NCBI GenBank assembly: GCA_046706365.1
Contig: JBJKPN010000185.1
Coordinates: 1,113 to 65,112, forward strand
DNA: 64,000 nucleotides
Source: Candidatus Kryptoniota bacterium
Lineage (GTDB): Bacteria; Bacteroidota; Ignavibacteria; Kryptoniales; JAKASW01
Reading direction: 5' to 3'
The translations under genes and the position numbers were made by a program. The notes beneath the pieces were generated by a model, which was not told the DNA's origin, did not search any database, and worked only from the letters and a program-made list of their open reading frames with translations. Shown one piece after another: positions 1-9,148 of this stretch. Each line of letters starts with the position of its first letter. The first letter of the stretch is position 1.

Positions 1-617
1 GATTTTGTTCCATACGCTGCCGCAGCAATGGCCTGCGCACCGCCTATCGAATAAACCTCTTCTATACCGAGCAAGCTGCATGCGGCCAGAACAACCGGAT
101 TGACGTGTCCATTCCTTCCCGGAGGTGTAATAACACAAACCTCTTTCACTCCTGCGACCTGCGCAGGAACAGCATTCATGATGACGGTGGAAGGGTAAGC
201 GGCAGTGCCGCCCGGCACGTACAGCGCCACGCGATCCAACGGGGTTACCCTCTGGCCCAGGATGGTGCCGTCCTGCTCCTGCTGCATCCACGAGTTTTGT
301 CTCTGACGTTCGTGAAACTTCCTCACGTTCCCCGCGGATTCCGACATGATAGCCAGAAGCCTCCTGTCGACCCGGTTCTCCGCTCGCCTGATATCCTGTT
401 TCGGTACCCTGATTCGTTTCGTCGAGACTTTGTCGAATTCCTTCGTGAACCTCAAGAGCGCTCTGTCGCCCTCTGACCTGACAGCCGCGACGATGGATTG
501 GACTTTCGACATGATATCGACGCTGACAGTGACATTTCTGTTCTTGATTCTATTAAGACGCTCGGTTGCCTCTTTGCTGCCGAGCCTCAACAGCGGAAAT
601 ATTTCTAAATTGTTCAT
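1..617 (-). CDS. hisD: histidinol dehydrogenase, N-terminal ~205 aa (rest of gene lies left of the window)
   Basis: Not in the ORF track because it runs off the edge. The reverse complement from the ATG at 617 reads MNNLEIFPLL...RFTKEFDKV...VALYVPGGTAAYPSTVIMNAVPAQVAGVKEV...IGGAQAIAAAAYGTK without stops. LYVPGG.AAYPS and GGAQAIAA.AYGT are HisD signature blocks. Confidence 0.85.
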   Translation of the reverse strand, partial: MNNLEIFPLLRLGSKEATERLNRIKNRNVTVSVDIMSKVQSIVAAVRSEGDRALLRFTKEFDKVSTKRIRVPKQDIRRAENRVDRRLLAIMSESAGNVRKFHERQRQNSWMQQEQDGTILGQRVTPLDRVALYVPGGTAAYPSTVIMNAVPAQVAGVKEVCVITPPGRNGHVNPVVLAACSLLGIEEVYSIGGAQAIAAAAYGTK

Positions 618-719
618 GCTTTGTAATTTATGCGAGGGAGCCGTCGTTTTCAATTCTCGATCGATACGGCCGGCAATGCGTTAAGGAGGGACACAATATC
701 ACTGCAACTCTTCTTCGAA

Positions 720-1805
720 TCAGAAGAGCATTTCGCAGACGATGCCGAAGAGGTCGTGGTACATACCCGTATTCCATTGTGGGTTCTTTGCATAGGAAGC
801 CTCTACTGAAACCAGGGGGAGATCGGGCAGAAGTAGTTTCACCGGGAATCTGAGCGAAAAGCCGTACGAGAAACCGGTCCCCATCTGCGAGACGCTCAGG
901 TTATTATACGGATCCGAACCCGGTCTCGTCGGGGTCTTGAAAGTGTAACCGAGGCGGACCGCCAACGCTCCAAGGGCCATTGCCTCAAGTCCAACCCGGT
1001 ACTGGTCGTTGAATGAGGGGAGGTCGTCCATCGGAGCATTCGTAGCGAATAAATGCATGTAGTCGGCTGCCATCGTGACTTTGAACAACTCGAAATCGCC
1101 GAGACGGTAGTTCGAAGCAAAAGTGTATGCAATGCCGCAGCTGAATGTCTGCGGCAGGTTGACGCTCACGTCAGTGGCGGTCCCCAGGTACCCTGGCTCC
1201 CCGGACTTCAGCGTCATACCGGGAAGAACGTTTGCAAAAACTGCTCCGGTGGACAAAATTGCACGGAAAAACGTTGTGTTCGAAAGCTCGACTCGATTGG
1301 CCGCTCCTACGTCAAAAGTGAAGCGACTCCCCTTCATGTCTACCGGAAAAACCGTCTGGTCCGTCGCGAGGAAGGTCCGAGAAAAAGAAATATGCTTTCC
1401 CGTCACCCCGATTGAGAAGCCGAGGGGCAGTCCTGTAGCGAGGCCAAAGCTTGAAATTGTTGTGCGCCAGCCGCCAAGTTCCAAACTGCTGTAGCATGCC
1501 CCTCCACCCAGCAGCCCTATGGGAAAAGCAACGGAAACGTCCCATGCCGCAAGATTGCCGTTCTGGAGAAACTGAGAGCTGGAATTCGGAAGGAAAAGCT
1601 GATCGGTGGGGCCGGACAATGTTTCATAGTCGGAGGATGCATAGACGCTGTAGACTGACGCAAGCCGGGCCGGATTCAAAGTGACAGCGTGGGCAAGATC
1701 CGGCGAGGCAACGCAGGCAGCCATCCCTGCGGCCCTGTTCGGCAAAAGATACTCACCATCCAGAAAGACGGATTGTGCCAGTGCTGTTCGCGCAATCAGG
1801 GCCAC
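720..1805 (-). CDS. putative outer-membrane beta-barrel protein (family not recognised)
   Basis: 361-aa ORF with an alternating-hydrophobic strand pattern, G/S/T/N-rich loops and a C-terminal ...CEMLF aromatic end typical of OM barrels. It sits directly downstream of the Omp85-type gene. In-frame codons upstream of the called GTG encode the rest of a signal peptide, so the true start is probably 1832 (see finding). Confidence 0.6.
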   Translation of the reverse strand: MALIARTALAQSVFLDGEYLLPNRAAGMAACVASPDLAHAVTLNPARLASVYSVYASSDYETLSGPTDQLFLPNSSSQFLQNGNLAAWDVSVAFPIGLLGGGACYSSLELGGWRTTISSFGLATGLPLGFSIGVTGKHISFSRTFLATDQTVFPVDMKGSRFTFDVGAANRVELSNTTFFRAILSTGAVFANVLPGMTLKSGEPGYLGTATDVSVNLPQTFSCGIAYTFASNYRLGDFELFKVTMAADYMHLFATNAPMDDLPSFNDQYRVGLEAMALGALAVRLGYTFKTPTRPGSDPYNNLSVSQMGTGFSYGFSLRFPVKLLLPDLPLVSVEASYAKNPQWNTGMYHDLFGIVCEMLF

Positions 1806-1831
1806 AAGTGCAAATGCTGCCGCTCTACTTA

Positions 1832-4800
1832 TTAGAAGTCTCCTCCAAGTGAGAAATAGAATATGGGTTTATGGAATCCTTCAATGTTATACTGCCACGC
1901 ATAGTCAAACCTCAAGACAAAATACAAAAACGGCAGTCTTGCTCCAAAGCCGGATCCGATCAGCAGATCCTGTGTAACCAGTTGCCCCGCCGAATTCTTC
2001 ATGAACGGCTTATACTGCCCGAACGAATCGAATGCACTCCCGGCGTCGGTGAATATCACTCCTTCGATGTTGTCGAGCAAAATAGGTATTAAGCCGGGGA
2101 CAAAGTACCTGACCAGTGGAAACCTTACCTCTGCGTTCACGAGGAAATATTTCGTACCGAGCTGCGTGTTAAACTGATAGCCTCGCAGCGGAAAGACTGG
2201 CGTCAGGAAAGCATAATCGCCGACAGAGCTGATGGGTATATCGAGATTGGAATAATTAATGTTTATCCAGTTGCTCACACCACCCATGAAAAACTTCTGA
2301 GGATTGGCGCCTTCACTTACCGCCCCGGAAGCGCGGAATGCGAAGACATTTTCGTCCAGGAAAGGCAAGTAAGTCCTGTAGTCAAATTGTCCGGTGACAA
2401 ATCCGATAAAGGCAGAAGAAATTTTCGGAACGTAGGTCAGGGTCAGATTGTACCTGGTGCCATTTACGGGGGCATAAAATCCTTCCAGGGAATTGTCGCC
2501 GATGTAGCTTAGCGAGGTCAGGATTGCATTTGCGGTCCCGCCCGAATCGCTTGGATTGTCGAGGTTCTGGCGCGAGATCCCCAGGTATGCAAGATTCAGG
2601 TCGAGGCGCCTGAACCTGTCGAATGGTCTGGAAAAAGACAACTGCCCTACTGTCGATTGGAAGCGGTTCAGCTCATAGTTCTGCGTCACGTTATCGTACA
2701 AATACAGGAAGTTCGCGGTATGAAGCATGGACACCCCAAAATTAATCCGGGAGGCCAGATTATTGTACGAAATCGCATAGTCGCTATTCTGAAGATCGAT
2801 TACAAAGTCGGTATAAAGGTCTATTTCATTGTTCCCGAGCATATCGCTGAAAGCAAGCTCAGTGGCACCCTGAAATCCGTACAGAGTATTGAAACCGGCA
2901 CCTCCTGTAAGAATGTCCGGCGTGAAATCGATCTTGTAAGGAAACGGGATGTACTGACCGGAGGAATCGACATTTCCCTTAAGTACGAAAGGCGAGACTT
3001 TCGGCTTGGCATAAGGGCGCTCGTATTCCGGAGAGAAGACATAGTGACTGAAGTCAGAGTTAAGGGAAGCCCCGTAAAGAGCTGCGGCCGACTCTTCCCT
3101 GCTCGTGTCAGGAGGGGTTTTTGAAGCGAACTCCTCTTTCTTTCTTTTCGCAAAGAAACTCTTCACATAATTGGTCGGAACGAGGGGTCCCCTCAACGTG
3201 TCAGCAAGAGGAAGGTCCATCGTGAAGACGTCATATCCGCCGTCGTTCAATGAAGTAAACGCAAGCTTCTGCCCGTCGCGGGACAAGGAGGGCTCATTGA
3301 TTCCATACAGCGAATTCGTGATGGGAACCGTTTTCCCGGTGGCAAAATCGAGATAATACAGGTCGTCAATTCCATTCCGGCTTGACTCGAAGATCAGCCC
3401 TTTCCCGTTCGGTAAGGGAAGCGGATAGGTGTTGTCGCCGCCGTGCGGGACGACGTCCGGCATATTTGGAAAATTCGTGTATGTCAGCCTCTCTATTTTG
3501 CCGCTTGCCACGTCGATGGAGAAGATATCCATCGGGTTCCCCGCCGCCCAGTGTGCAAGGGTGAGCGGGTTCCCATGCTGGTGAAGCGAATCGCCGCGAT
3601 CAGATGAGAAATAGATCTTCTTCCCGTCCACCGACCAATGCGGATCCTCATCACTGAAGATGTCATCCGTCAGATTCCGTATCTTGTGCGTCTTCATATT
3701 GTAGATATAAATATCCGATTGAAGAGGCTCGTACGCTGAAATTGCCAGCTCCTCCCCGTTGGGAGAAAAGTCGATCCCGTTGATCCCCGGGAACTCGAGA
3801 TCAGGCAGCACTTTGGTTTTGCCGGTTCTAGAGTTTATAAGAAAAATCTTGTCGTATTCCCCCGTCTTGGAAGCCACGGCAATGTACTTTCCGTCCGGCG
3901 TCCATGAAATTCCCGGGGTGATTATGTGAAGCTCTTCAAAATTCGCAGTCCTACTTCCTTTGACGAGAGTTCGCACGATCCTTCCTGTCACTGTGGATGC
4001 CATCACAACATCGAAGTAGCCGCTTCTGTCGGTTATGAATGCTACTTCTGATCCGTCCGGTGAGATAACAGGACTTGTGTTGTAGGAACCTCCGTCAACC
4101 CTGTGATCTGTTACCCGATGTGCGAACTGATCGAAGGATTGCCTCAGTGCGACCTCAGGGAAGTATTGGTCGCGATTATATCTTTGCCATTTTTCGGAAA
4201 GCTGCTCAAGGTTCAAGCCTATGGCCCGCTCGAAACCCTTATTCACGCTCATTGTGGCGCGGACGGCGTTTACTACCTCACCGATTTTCTCATGTCCATA
4301 TTTCACGTCGATGTAATGCCAAACCGATTCCCCTCCCGGATAGTCGAGATAGCCGTTGAGATATGGGATCGGAGGCATGTACCCGTTTATCGTGGCATCG
4401 AGCAGAAATTGATCGGAAGCCACTTCCCAATGATCCAGGGATTGATATTGCGCCATGCCCTCATTGAACCAGGTGGGAATGTGGAATGTGATGTTGTGCT
4501 CGATAATCGACTGTATGGATCCGCCGTAAAACAACTCGTCAAACACAGCGTGCACAAGCTCATGATGAATTACGTGACGCATAAGTGCCAGATCACCTTC
4601 CCACGGGAGTACAACTCTGTTCTTGTACAGCTCGGTTACTCCACCGGTTCCCTCGGGAAGGTACTCGGCCACGATATTGTTCTGCTGAAAATCGTCATGC
4701 GAGTTGAAGACGGCGATGTTTATCCGTTTGTCTATCTGGTAATGGAAGCTTGCGCAAATGGAAGTCACCGAACTTTCCGCTTCGGCCGCGACGAACTGCG

Positions 4801-4960
4801 CCAGCTCGTATCCTCCGCGCGTGAAATAAATGTTGAAGTGCGGCGACTCTATGTATTCCCATTTAAAATCAACATAATGGACTTTGTTCTGTCCAAACTG
4901 TTGTGCGAAAGCCGCAGGTACTAAAGCAAGAGCAACAAGTGCTAGAAAGATGTTTCTCAT
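1832..4960 (-). CDS. composite outer-membrane protein: HExxH peptidase-MA-like domain + TolB/PD40 beta-propeller + Omp85/D15-type C-terminal barrel
   Basis: ORF 1832..4990. The start is taken at Met11 (4960), which gives the signal peptide MRNIFLALVALALVPAAFA-QQ. HExxH motif in VIHHELVHAV. Repeated PD40-type blades (SPDGSEVAF, TPDGKYIAV, SPNGEELAI, SVDGKKIYF, SRDGQKLAF). The C-terminal barrel ends FYFSLGGDF. Confidence 0.7.
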   Translation of the reverse strand: MRNIFLALVALALVPAAFAQQFGQNKVHYVDFKWEYIESPHFNIYFTRGGYELAQFVAAEAESSVTSICASFHYQIDKRINIAVFNSHDDFQQNNIVAEYLPEGTGGVTELYKNRVVLPWEGDLALMRHVIHHELVHAVFDELFYGGSIQSIIEHNITFHIPTWFNEGMAQYQSLDHWEVASDQFLLDATINGYMPPIPYLNGYLDYPGGESVWHYIDVKYGHEKIGEVVNAVRATMSVNKGFERAIGLNLEQLSEKWQRYNRDQYFPEVALRQSFDQFAHRVTDHRVDGGSYNTSPVISPDGSEVAFITDRSGYFDVVMASTVTGRIVRTLVKGSRTANFEELHIITPGISWTPDGKYIAVASKTGEYDKIFLINSRTGKTKVLPDLEFPGINGIDFSPNGEELAISAYEPLQSDIYIYNMKTHKIRNLTDDIFSDEDPHWSVDGKKIYFSSDRGDSLHQHGNPLTLAHWAAGNPMDIFSIDVASGKIERLTYTNFPNMPDVVPHGGDNTYPLPLPNGKGLIFESSRNGIDDLYYLDFATGKTVPITNSLYGINEPSLSRDGQKLAFTSLNDGGYDVFTMDLPLADTLRGPLVPTNYVKSFFAKRKKEEFASKTPPDTSREESAAALYGASLNSDFSHYVFSPEYERPYAKPKVSPFVLKGNVDSSGQYIPFPYKIDFTPDILTGGAGFNTLYGFQGATELAFSDMLGNNEIDLYTDFVIDLQNSDYAISYNNLASRINFGVSMLHTANFLYLYDNVTQNYELNRFQSTVGQLSFSRPFDRFRRLDLNLAYLGISRQNLDNPSDSGGTANAILTSLSYIGDNSLEGFYAPVNGTRYNLTLTYVPKISSAFIGFVTGQFDYRTYLPFLDENVFAFRASGAVSEGANPQKFFMGGVSNWININYSNLDIPISSVGDYAFLTPVFPLRGYQFNTQLGTKYFLVNAEVRFPLVRYFVPGLIPILLDNIEGVIFTDAGSAFDSFGQYKPFMKNSAGQLVTQDLLIGSGFGARLPFLYFVLRFDYAWQYNIEGFHKPIFYFSLGGDF

Positions 4961-5816
4961 AGCATCCCTTTGAATTGAATATTTAAACATACGAAAATTG
5001 TCCTCAAGAGAACACCTGGGGCGTTAACGACTGCCTAAACGCGGCCCCACTCTCGGGATGGGCCGGCAAATTGGACATGCAGGTGTTGGTAAAAACCGAT
5101 TCAGGTATTCCGAAAAACCTCTCAGCCCGCTGGATTACAGTAGCCATTCTTCTTTATCCTATTCCCCCTTCGACTCCTTGCGGTGCCATTGGCTCAAATA
5201 GCAAACTGATCACGTGGTGTTTTTCATTCATTCTTGATTTGTCAAGATATGGAGATTCATGACGGCTCGGTGACGGTTCCTTAGAGAGATTGACTGCCAG
5301 TCTGGTTGCCTTTGGGGGGCAACTTATTTGATAAGACGTTTTCCCGGCCTTTTGGTTTATTCGAGTCGATATCTTCACGGGAGAATTCCTCGTGCACGCC
5401 GGGAATTTTCCGACAAGCGTCCAATAACGCCGAAGCAGGCAGCTGTGAAGTGCGCTCCACACGAATATTTCCGTGCAAGCCGGCCGCTTGCCGAAATTAC
5501 TACCGGTGGTATCCCAAATGCGGTGGGGAGTTGTAGGTTGATAAATTCCATGGATTGTATTGCATCACCTCGAATTTCCTTCAAAAAAACGGGAAAGGGG
5601 GCTTTTTGAGGGAATAAATGCGATTTCTTAAATTTAGAGCGGACTAGGACCTCCTGTTGTTTTGCTCCACTCCATCTACGAAATAATACCGCACATCAAA
5701 AATGCTGGAAAACTTCAACTAATTCAACAGACTCACGTGGCAAACAGTTTCCGGTGGGACTCATCATATTTGCCTTCCTCCACGGGTTGAAAACGACGAG
5801 GATACGTCAGAATCCA

Positions 5817-7019
5817 TTATTTTACCATCAGCTTGACTTTGTCGAGCCGCCGGCCGTCGCTGGCCAATACTTGAATCTCAACACGGCCGAATGAAATTCT
5901 CTCGCCCGTCAAAGGAATCCTTCCCAATTCTGAAATCAGCAGGCCTGCTATGGTCGTGAATTCACCGGAAGGCAGTTTCAACTTGAGCTCGCTTTCGATC
6001 TCCGAAATCTCAGTGTTCCCTTTCAATACATACTGCTTGGGTGTCAACCGCTCTATTTTCTGCTCGCTGTCGCGGATTGCCACCTCACCCAGGAATAGCT
6101 CCATGACATCAGACGAGGTAACCAGGCCCGACGTCCCCCCAAATTCGTCTATCAATATTGCTATGTACACTTTCTCGGTCCTGAACTCCTCCAGCAGATC
6201 TATCACCGACATATTTTCCGGCACGAACAGGACATCGCTGACAAGCTCGTCGATTTTCGCAACTTCCCTGAAAATATCCTTCGCATAGACCACTCCGACT
6301 ATATTGTCGATCGTGGAATCGTAGACAACCACCTTCGTCTTTCTGCGCTTTTCGAAGAGCTCCCGTACCTTGTTGATGTTCGTCCCGAGTTTCGCCGCAA
6401 CGATGTCTGTCCTGGGTACCGCTATATTCCTCACCGGCAGGTTTCCGTTTGCGATCAGCTTCCTAATCATTTCTGATTCTATCTTGTCCAGATAGCCGCC
6501 TCCGACAGAGTTCCCGAGGAACCTATAGACATCTCTCCGCTGGAACATTCCGGGCTTCGATGAACTCTTGAACATGTAGCCGGCAATGAGAGTCGAAATC
6601 GCAGCCGTAAGCGTCACGACAGGTTGAGCGATGAAATAAAAACCGTTGACTACCGGCATCAGGATTTTTGCGGCAGACTCCGACCGCTCCAGTGCAATGC
6701 TCTTGGGGATAAGCTCGCCGAAGAGGAAGCCGACGGCCGTTGTGAGCACCATGACCTTTATCATGTCCAGATGCATGTTCTCATGCAAAAGCACCTCTGC
6801 GGCTGAAGAGAAGAGGGTCATGAAGAGATTAGTAGCAACAACAACCGTTGCAAAGAAGAGTTCGTTATTCTGCAGGAAGAAAAAGGTTGAGTTGAATCGG
6901 AACTTCGAACGCCTGTCCACGATAAGCGCAACCTTGTCTGCCGACACAAACGAGGTCTCCGCCCCTTCAAAGCAGGCAATCAGAAGCAGAAAGAGAGCTA
7001 TTGCTGCGATCTCAAGCAT
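5817..7019 (-). CDS. CNNM/CorC (hemolysin-family) protein: DUF21 membrane domain + CBS pair + CorC_HlyC domain
   Basis: 400 aa. N-terminal TM helices (MLEIAAIALFLLLIACFEGAETSF... is a typical DUF21 start), a central tandem CBS region (VRNIAVPRTDIV..., IDNIVGVVYAKDI) and a C-terminal transporter-associated domain. Confidence 0.8.
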   Translation of the reverse strand: MLEIAAIALFLLLIACFEGAETSFVSADKVALIVDRRSKFRFNSTFFFLQNNELFFATVVVATNLFMTLFSSAAEVLLHENMHLDMIKVMVLTTAVGFLFGELIPKSIALERSESAAKILMPVVNGFYFIAQPVVTLTAAISTLIAGYMFKSSSKPGMFQRRDVYRFLGNSVGGGYLDKIESEMIRKLIANGNLPVRNIAVPRTDIVAAKLGTNINKVRELFEKRRKTKVVVYDSTIDNIVGVVYAKDIFREVAKIDELVSDVLFVPENMSVIDLLEEFRTEKVYIAILIDEFGGTSGLVTSSDVMELFLGEVAIRDSEQKIERLTPKQYVLKGNTEISEIESELKLKLPSGEFTTIAGLLISELGRIPLTGERISFGRVEIQVLASDGRRLDKVKLMVK

Positions 7020-7094
7020 GGCACAGATAGTCTTCCGCTAGGTGGAAATGACGACGGCATATCCCAAGACGTACGCGCCGGGAGAATCCGGTAT

Positions 7095-7520
7095 TCAAAG
7101 GCCGCTTAACTTCTTTCGCCCCAGACCAAGCCGATCCTTGACAAATATGAATGCGAGGACAATAAGGGCTGCGATAACGTCAATCGCAAAATCCTTGAAC
7201 TCCTCTGTTCTCCCCGGCACGAAAGACTGATGAAATTCATCGCTGGCGCCATAAAGCATTACGATCAATAGGGCGGCAGCAAGGCTGAACTCATTCAGAA
7301 AGCGGCTGTACCCCTGGAACTTGAGAGCTCTGTAGGCCAAATAGAAGAGCGCCCCGTAAAGCATCGTGTGAGCGATCAGGTGAGCGTATGGGAATTCCAT
7401 GGGCTTCAAATCCGGGCCGGGAACGCAAGACAAACAGAATATCAGGGCCATCCACATTATGGCCGGAAGCTGAAACCTGACAAAGTCAGGATATTTTTTC
7501 AAATTCAACAATCTCTCCAT
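7095..7520 (-). CDS. VanZ-like family membrane protein
   Basis: Four TM helices and the SDEFHQSFVPGRT..DF.IDV motif characteristic of VanZ-like proteins. The start is taken at Met13 (MERLLN); the ORF-track start at 7556 would overlap nnr by 71 nt. Confidence 0.7.
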   Translation of the reverse strand: MERLLNLKKYPDFVRFQLPAIMWMALIFCLSCVPGPDLKPMEFPYAHLIAHTMLYGALFYLAYRALKFQGYSRFLNEFSLAAALLIVMLYGASDEFHQSFVPGRTEEFKDFAIDVIAALIVLAFIFVKDRLGLGRKKLSGL

Positions 7521-9069
7521 TCTCGACTCTCTGGAATGCTTCCGGCAGTGAGTCAATTATGTCCGTGGCTATCAAGGAATACAGTCCCTTCTTTTCCAGA
7601 GCTACATCACCTGCAACACTGTGAAGATAAACTCCCAACACGGCCGCATCGACCGGACTTAGCTTCTGTGCCAACATCGCAGCTATGATACCCGTCAGCA
7701 CATCACCGGACCCTGCAGTTGCCATTCCGGGATTCCCATGCACATTAAGGTAAACCGTCCCCTCTTTGGAGGCTACTACTGTAGGCGAACCTTTCAGGAC
7801 CAACGTTACCTTGTTGTCTCTGGCATACCTGCGTGCCAGCTCCACCCTGTCTCTCGCAATCTCTTCGATGGAGTACTTCGACAGTCGGCTGAACTCGGCG
7901 TGATGAGGCGTCATTATTATCTCAGCATGAGTCTCCTGAAGGAGGCCCGGCTGATCGGCTATGGCGTTAAGTCCATCCGCATCCACCAGAATCGTCCCGT
8001 CGTAGCTCCTGATCAGCTTTCCGACGAGCTGGGCTGTTTCCTGGTTCCTGGAAATCCCCGGACCTATCACGAGTGCGTCTGCCCAGCCAAGGTTCTTCTG
8101 AATTTGAAGAAGAACCGCCAGAGAAAGACTCCCATCGGCAGTCTGAGGCAGAGGAAGAGTCATAACTTCGGTCAGCTTATTTTCGTAAATGTGATTCAAA
8201 TCCGACGGAACTCCGAGCACGACTGCACCGGCACCGGCGCGCATCGCCGCCTGACCAACCATCACACCGGCACCCGTCAGTCCAACCGAACCAACCAGTC
8301 CGAATATCTTACCGACAGCATGTTTATGAGTTTCCTGCTCCCGGACAGGCAAAAGTCTTCTGACCTCTGCACAGCCTGCAAGAAATGTGTTTGGCTCTTT
8401 CAAAGCTTCCAGATCTGCCGGCATACCGATGTCGACTATGTAAACCTTTCCCGATTTTACCTTCCCCGCATTCATCAGAATACCGCGCTTGAGGCTGCCC
8501 ATAGTAGCAGTGGCAAGAGCCGCGGGGGCTGTAGTAAACACTGAGCCGTCATCTGCGTTTACTCCGGTGGGAATATCCATCGCGAGTACTGGGGTCCTCG
8601 TTTCAAGCATCAAGTCGATTGCCTTTTGTGCCGCCTCTTTCGGCTCCCCGGTCAGCCCGGTTCCAAGAACAGCATCGATGACCAGATTATAGTCGTCCAG
8701 CGGATGGGTGCCGATGCTTTCCTCGAGCTGCAAAATTTCCACCTGCTGATCCTGGGGAAGCTCCTTGACCTTGTCGAAAAATATCTTCGCGTCGCCTGAA
8801 ATAGCGTCGGGCATATCGGTCAACATGATTGTTATGGCGGCCCCCATTTGAGAGAGATAATACGAGGCGCAAAACCCGTCTCCCCCGTTGTTTCCTTTGC
8901 CGCAAAGCAGCGCTATCCTCTTCCCGCGAACATCACCCAGAAGCAATCCGGCAACCTTAGCTGCCCCGAATCCGGCTTTGTTCATCAAGGAGCTCCCTGA
9001 GACTTTGCCCGACTCAATGGACTCCCGGTCGCACTCCCTCATTTCCGCAGATGTCAGTACAAATTCCAT
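7486..9069 (-). CDS. nnr: bifunctional NAD(P)H-hydrate repair enzyme (epimerase + ADP-dependent dehydratase, YjeF family)
   Basis: 527 aa. The N-terminal YjeF_N domain carries GKGNNGGDGF. The C-terminal carbohydrate-kinase-like domain carries HKHAVGK..GLTGAG...GSGDVLTGIIAAMLAQ. Confidence 0.85.
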   Translation of the reverse strand: MEFVLTSAEMRECDRESIESGKVSGSSLMNKAGFGAAKVAGLLLGDVRGKRIALLCGKGNNGGDGFCASYYLSQMGAAITIMLTDMPDAISGDAKIFFDKVKELPQDQQVEILQLEESIGTHPLDDYNLVIDAVLGTGLTGEPKEAAQKAIDLMLETRTPVLAMDIPTGVNADDGSVFTTAPAALATATMGSLKRGILMNAGKVKSGKVYIVDIGMPADLEALKEPNTFLAGCAEVRRLLPVREQETHKHAVGKIFGLVGSVGLTGAGVMVGQAAMRAGAGAVVLGVPSDLNHIYENKLTEVMTLPLPQTADGSLSLAVLLQIQKNLGWADALVIGPGISRNQETAQLVGKLIRSYDGTILVDADGLNAIADQPGLLQETHAEIIMTPHHAEFSRLSKYSIEEIARDRVELARRYARDNKVTLVLKGSPTVVASKEGTVYLNVHGNPGMATAGSGDVLTGIIAAMLAQKLSPVDAAVLGVYLHSVAGDVALEKKGLYSLIATDIIDSLPEAFQRVENGEIVEFEKIS

Positions 9070-9082
9070 TTTGTCTCCTTAC

Positions 9083-9118
9083 AAATATAGAAAAGCCGCC
9101 TCAAAATAGAAGCGGCCT
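9083..9118 (-). terminator. candidate intrinsic terminator after nuoN
   Basis: The minus-strand RNA reads AGGCCGC-(12-nt loop)-GCGGCUU (7 bp including one G-U) followed by UUCUAUAUUU. It lies about 30 nt after the nuoN stop. The stem is short, so the call is tentative. Confidence 0.4.
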
Positions 9119-9148
9119 CCCTCATACACTCTTATTTCTTTACCTAAT

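Noticed and set aside
5560-5800. Two SD-preceded mini-ORFs on the minus strand (23 aa MMSPTGNCLPRESVELVEVFQHF and 21 aa MQYNPWNLSTYNSPPHLGYHR)
   Set aside because: They are far too short and too compositionally unremarkable to call without conservation data. They are mentioned only as candidates within the 826-bp gap finding.
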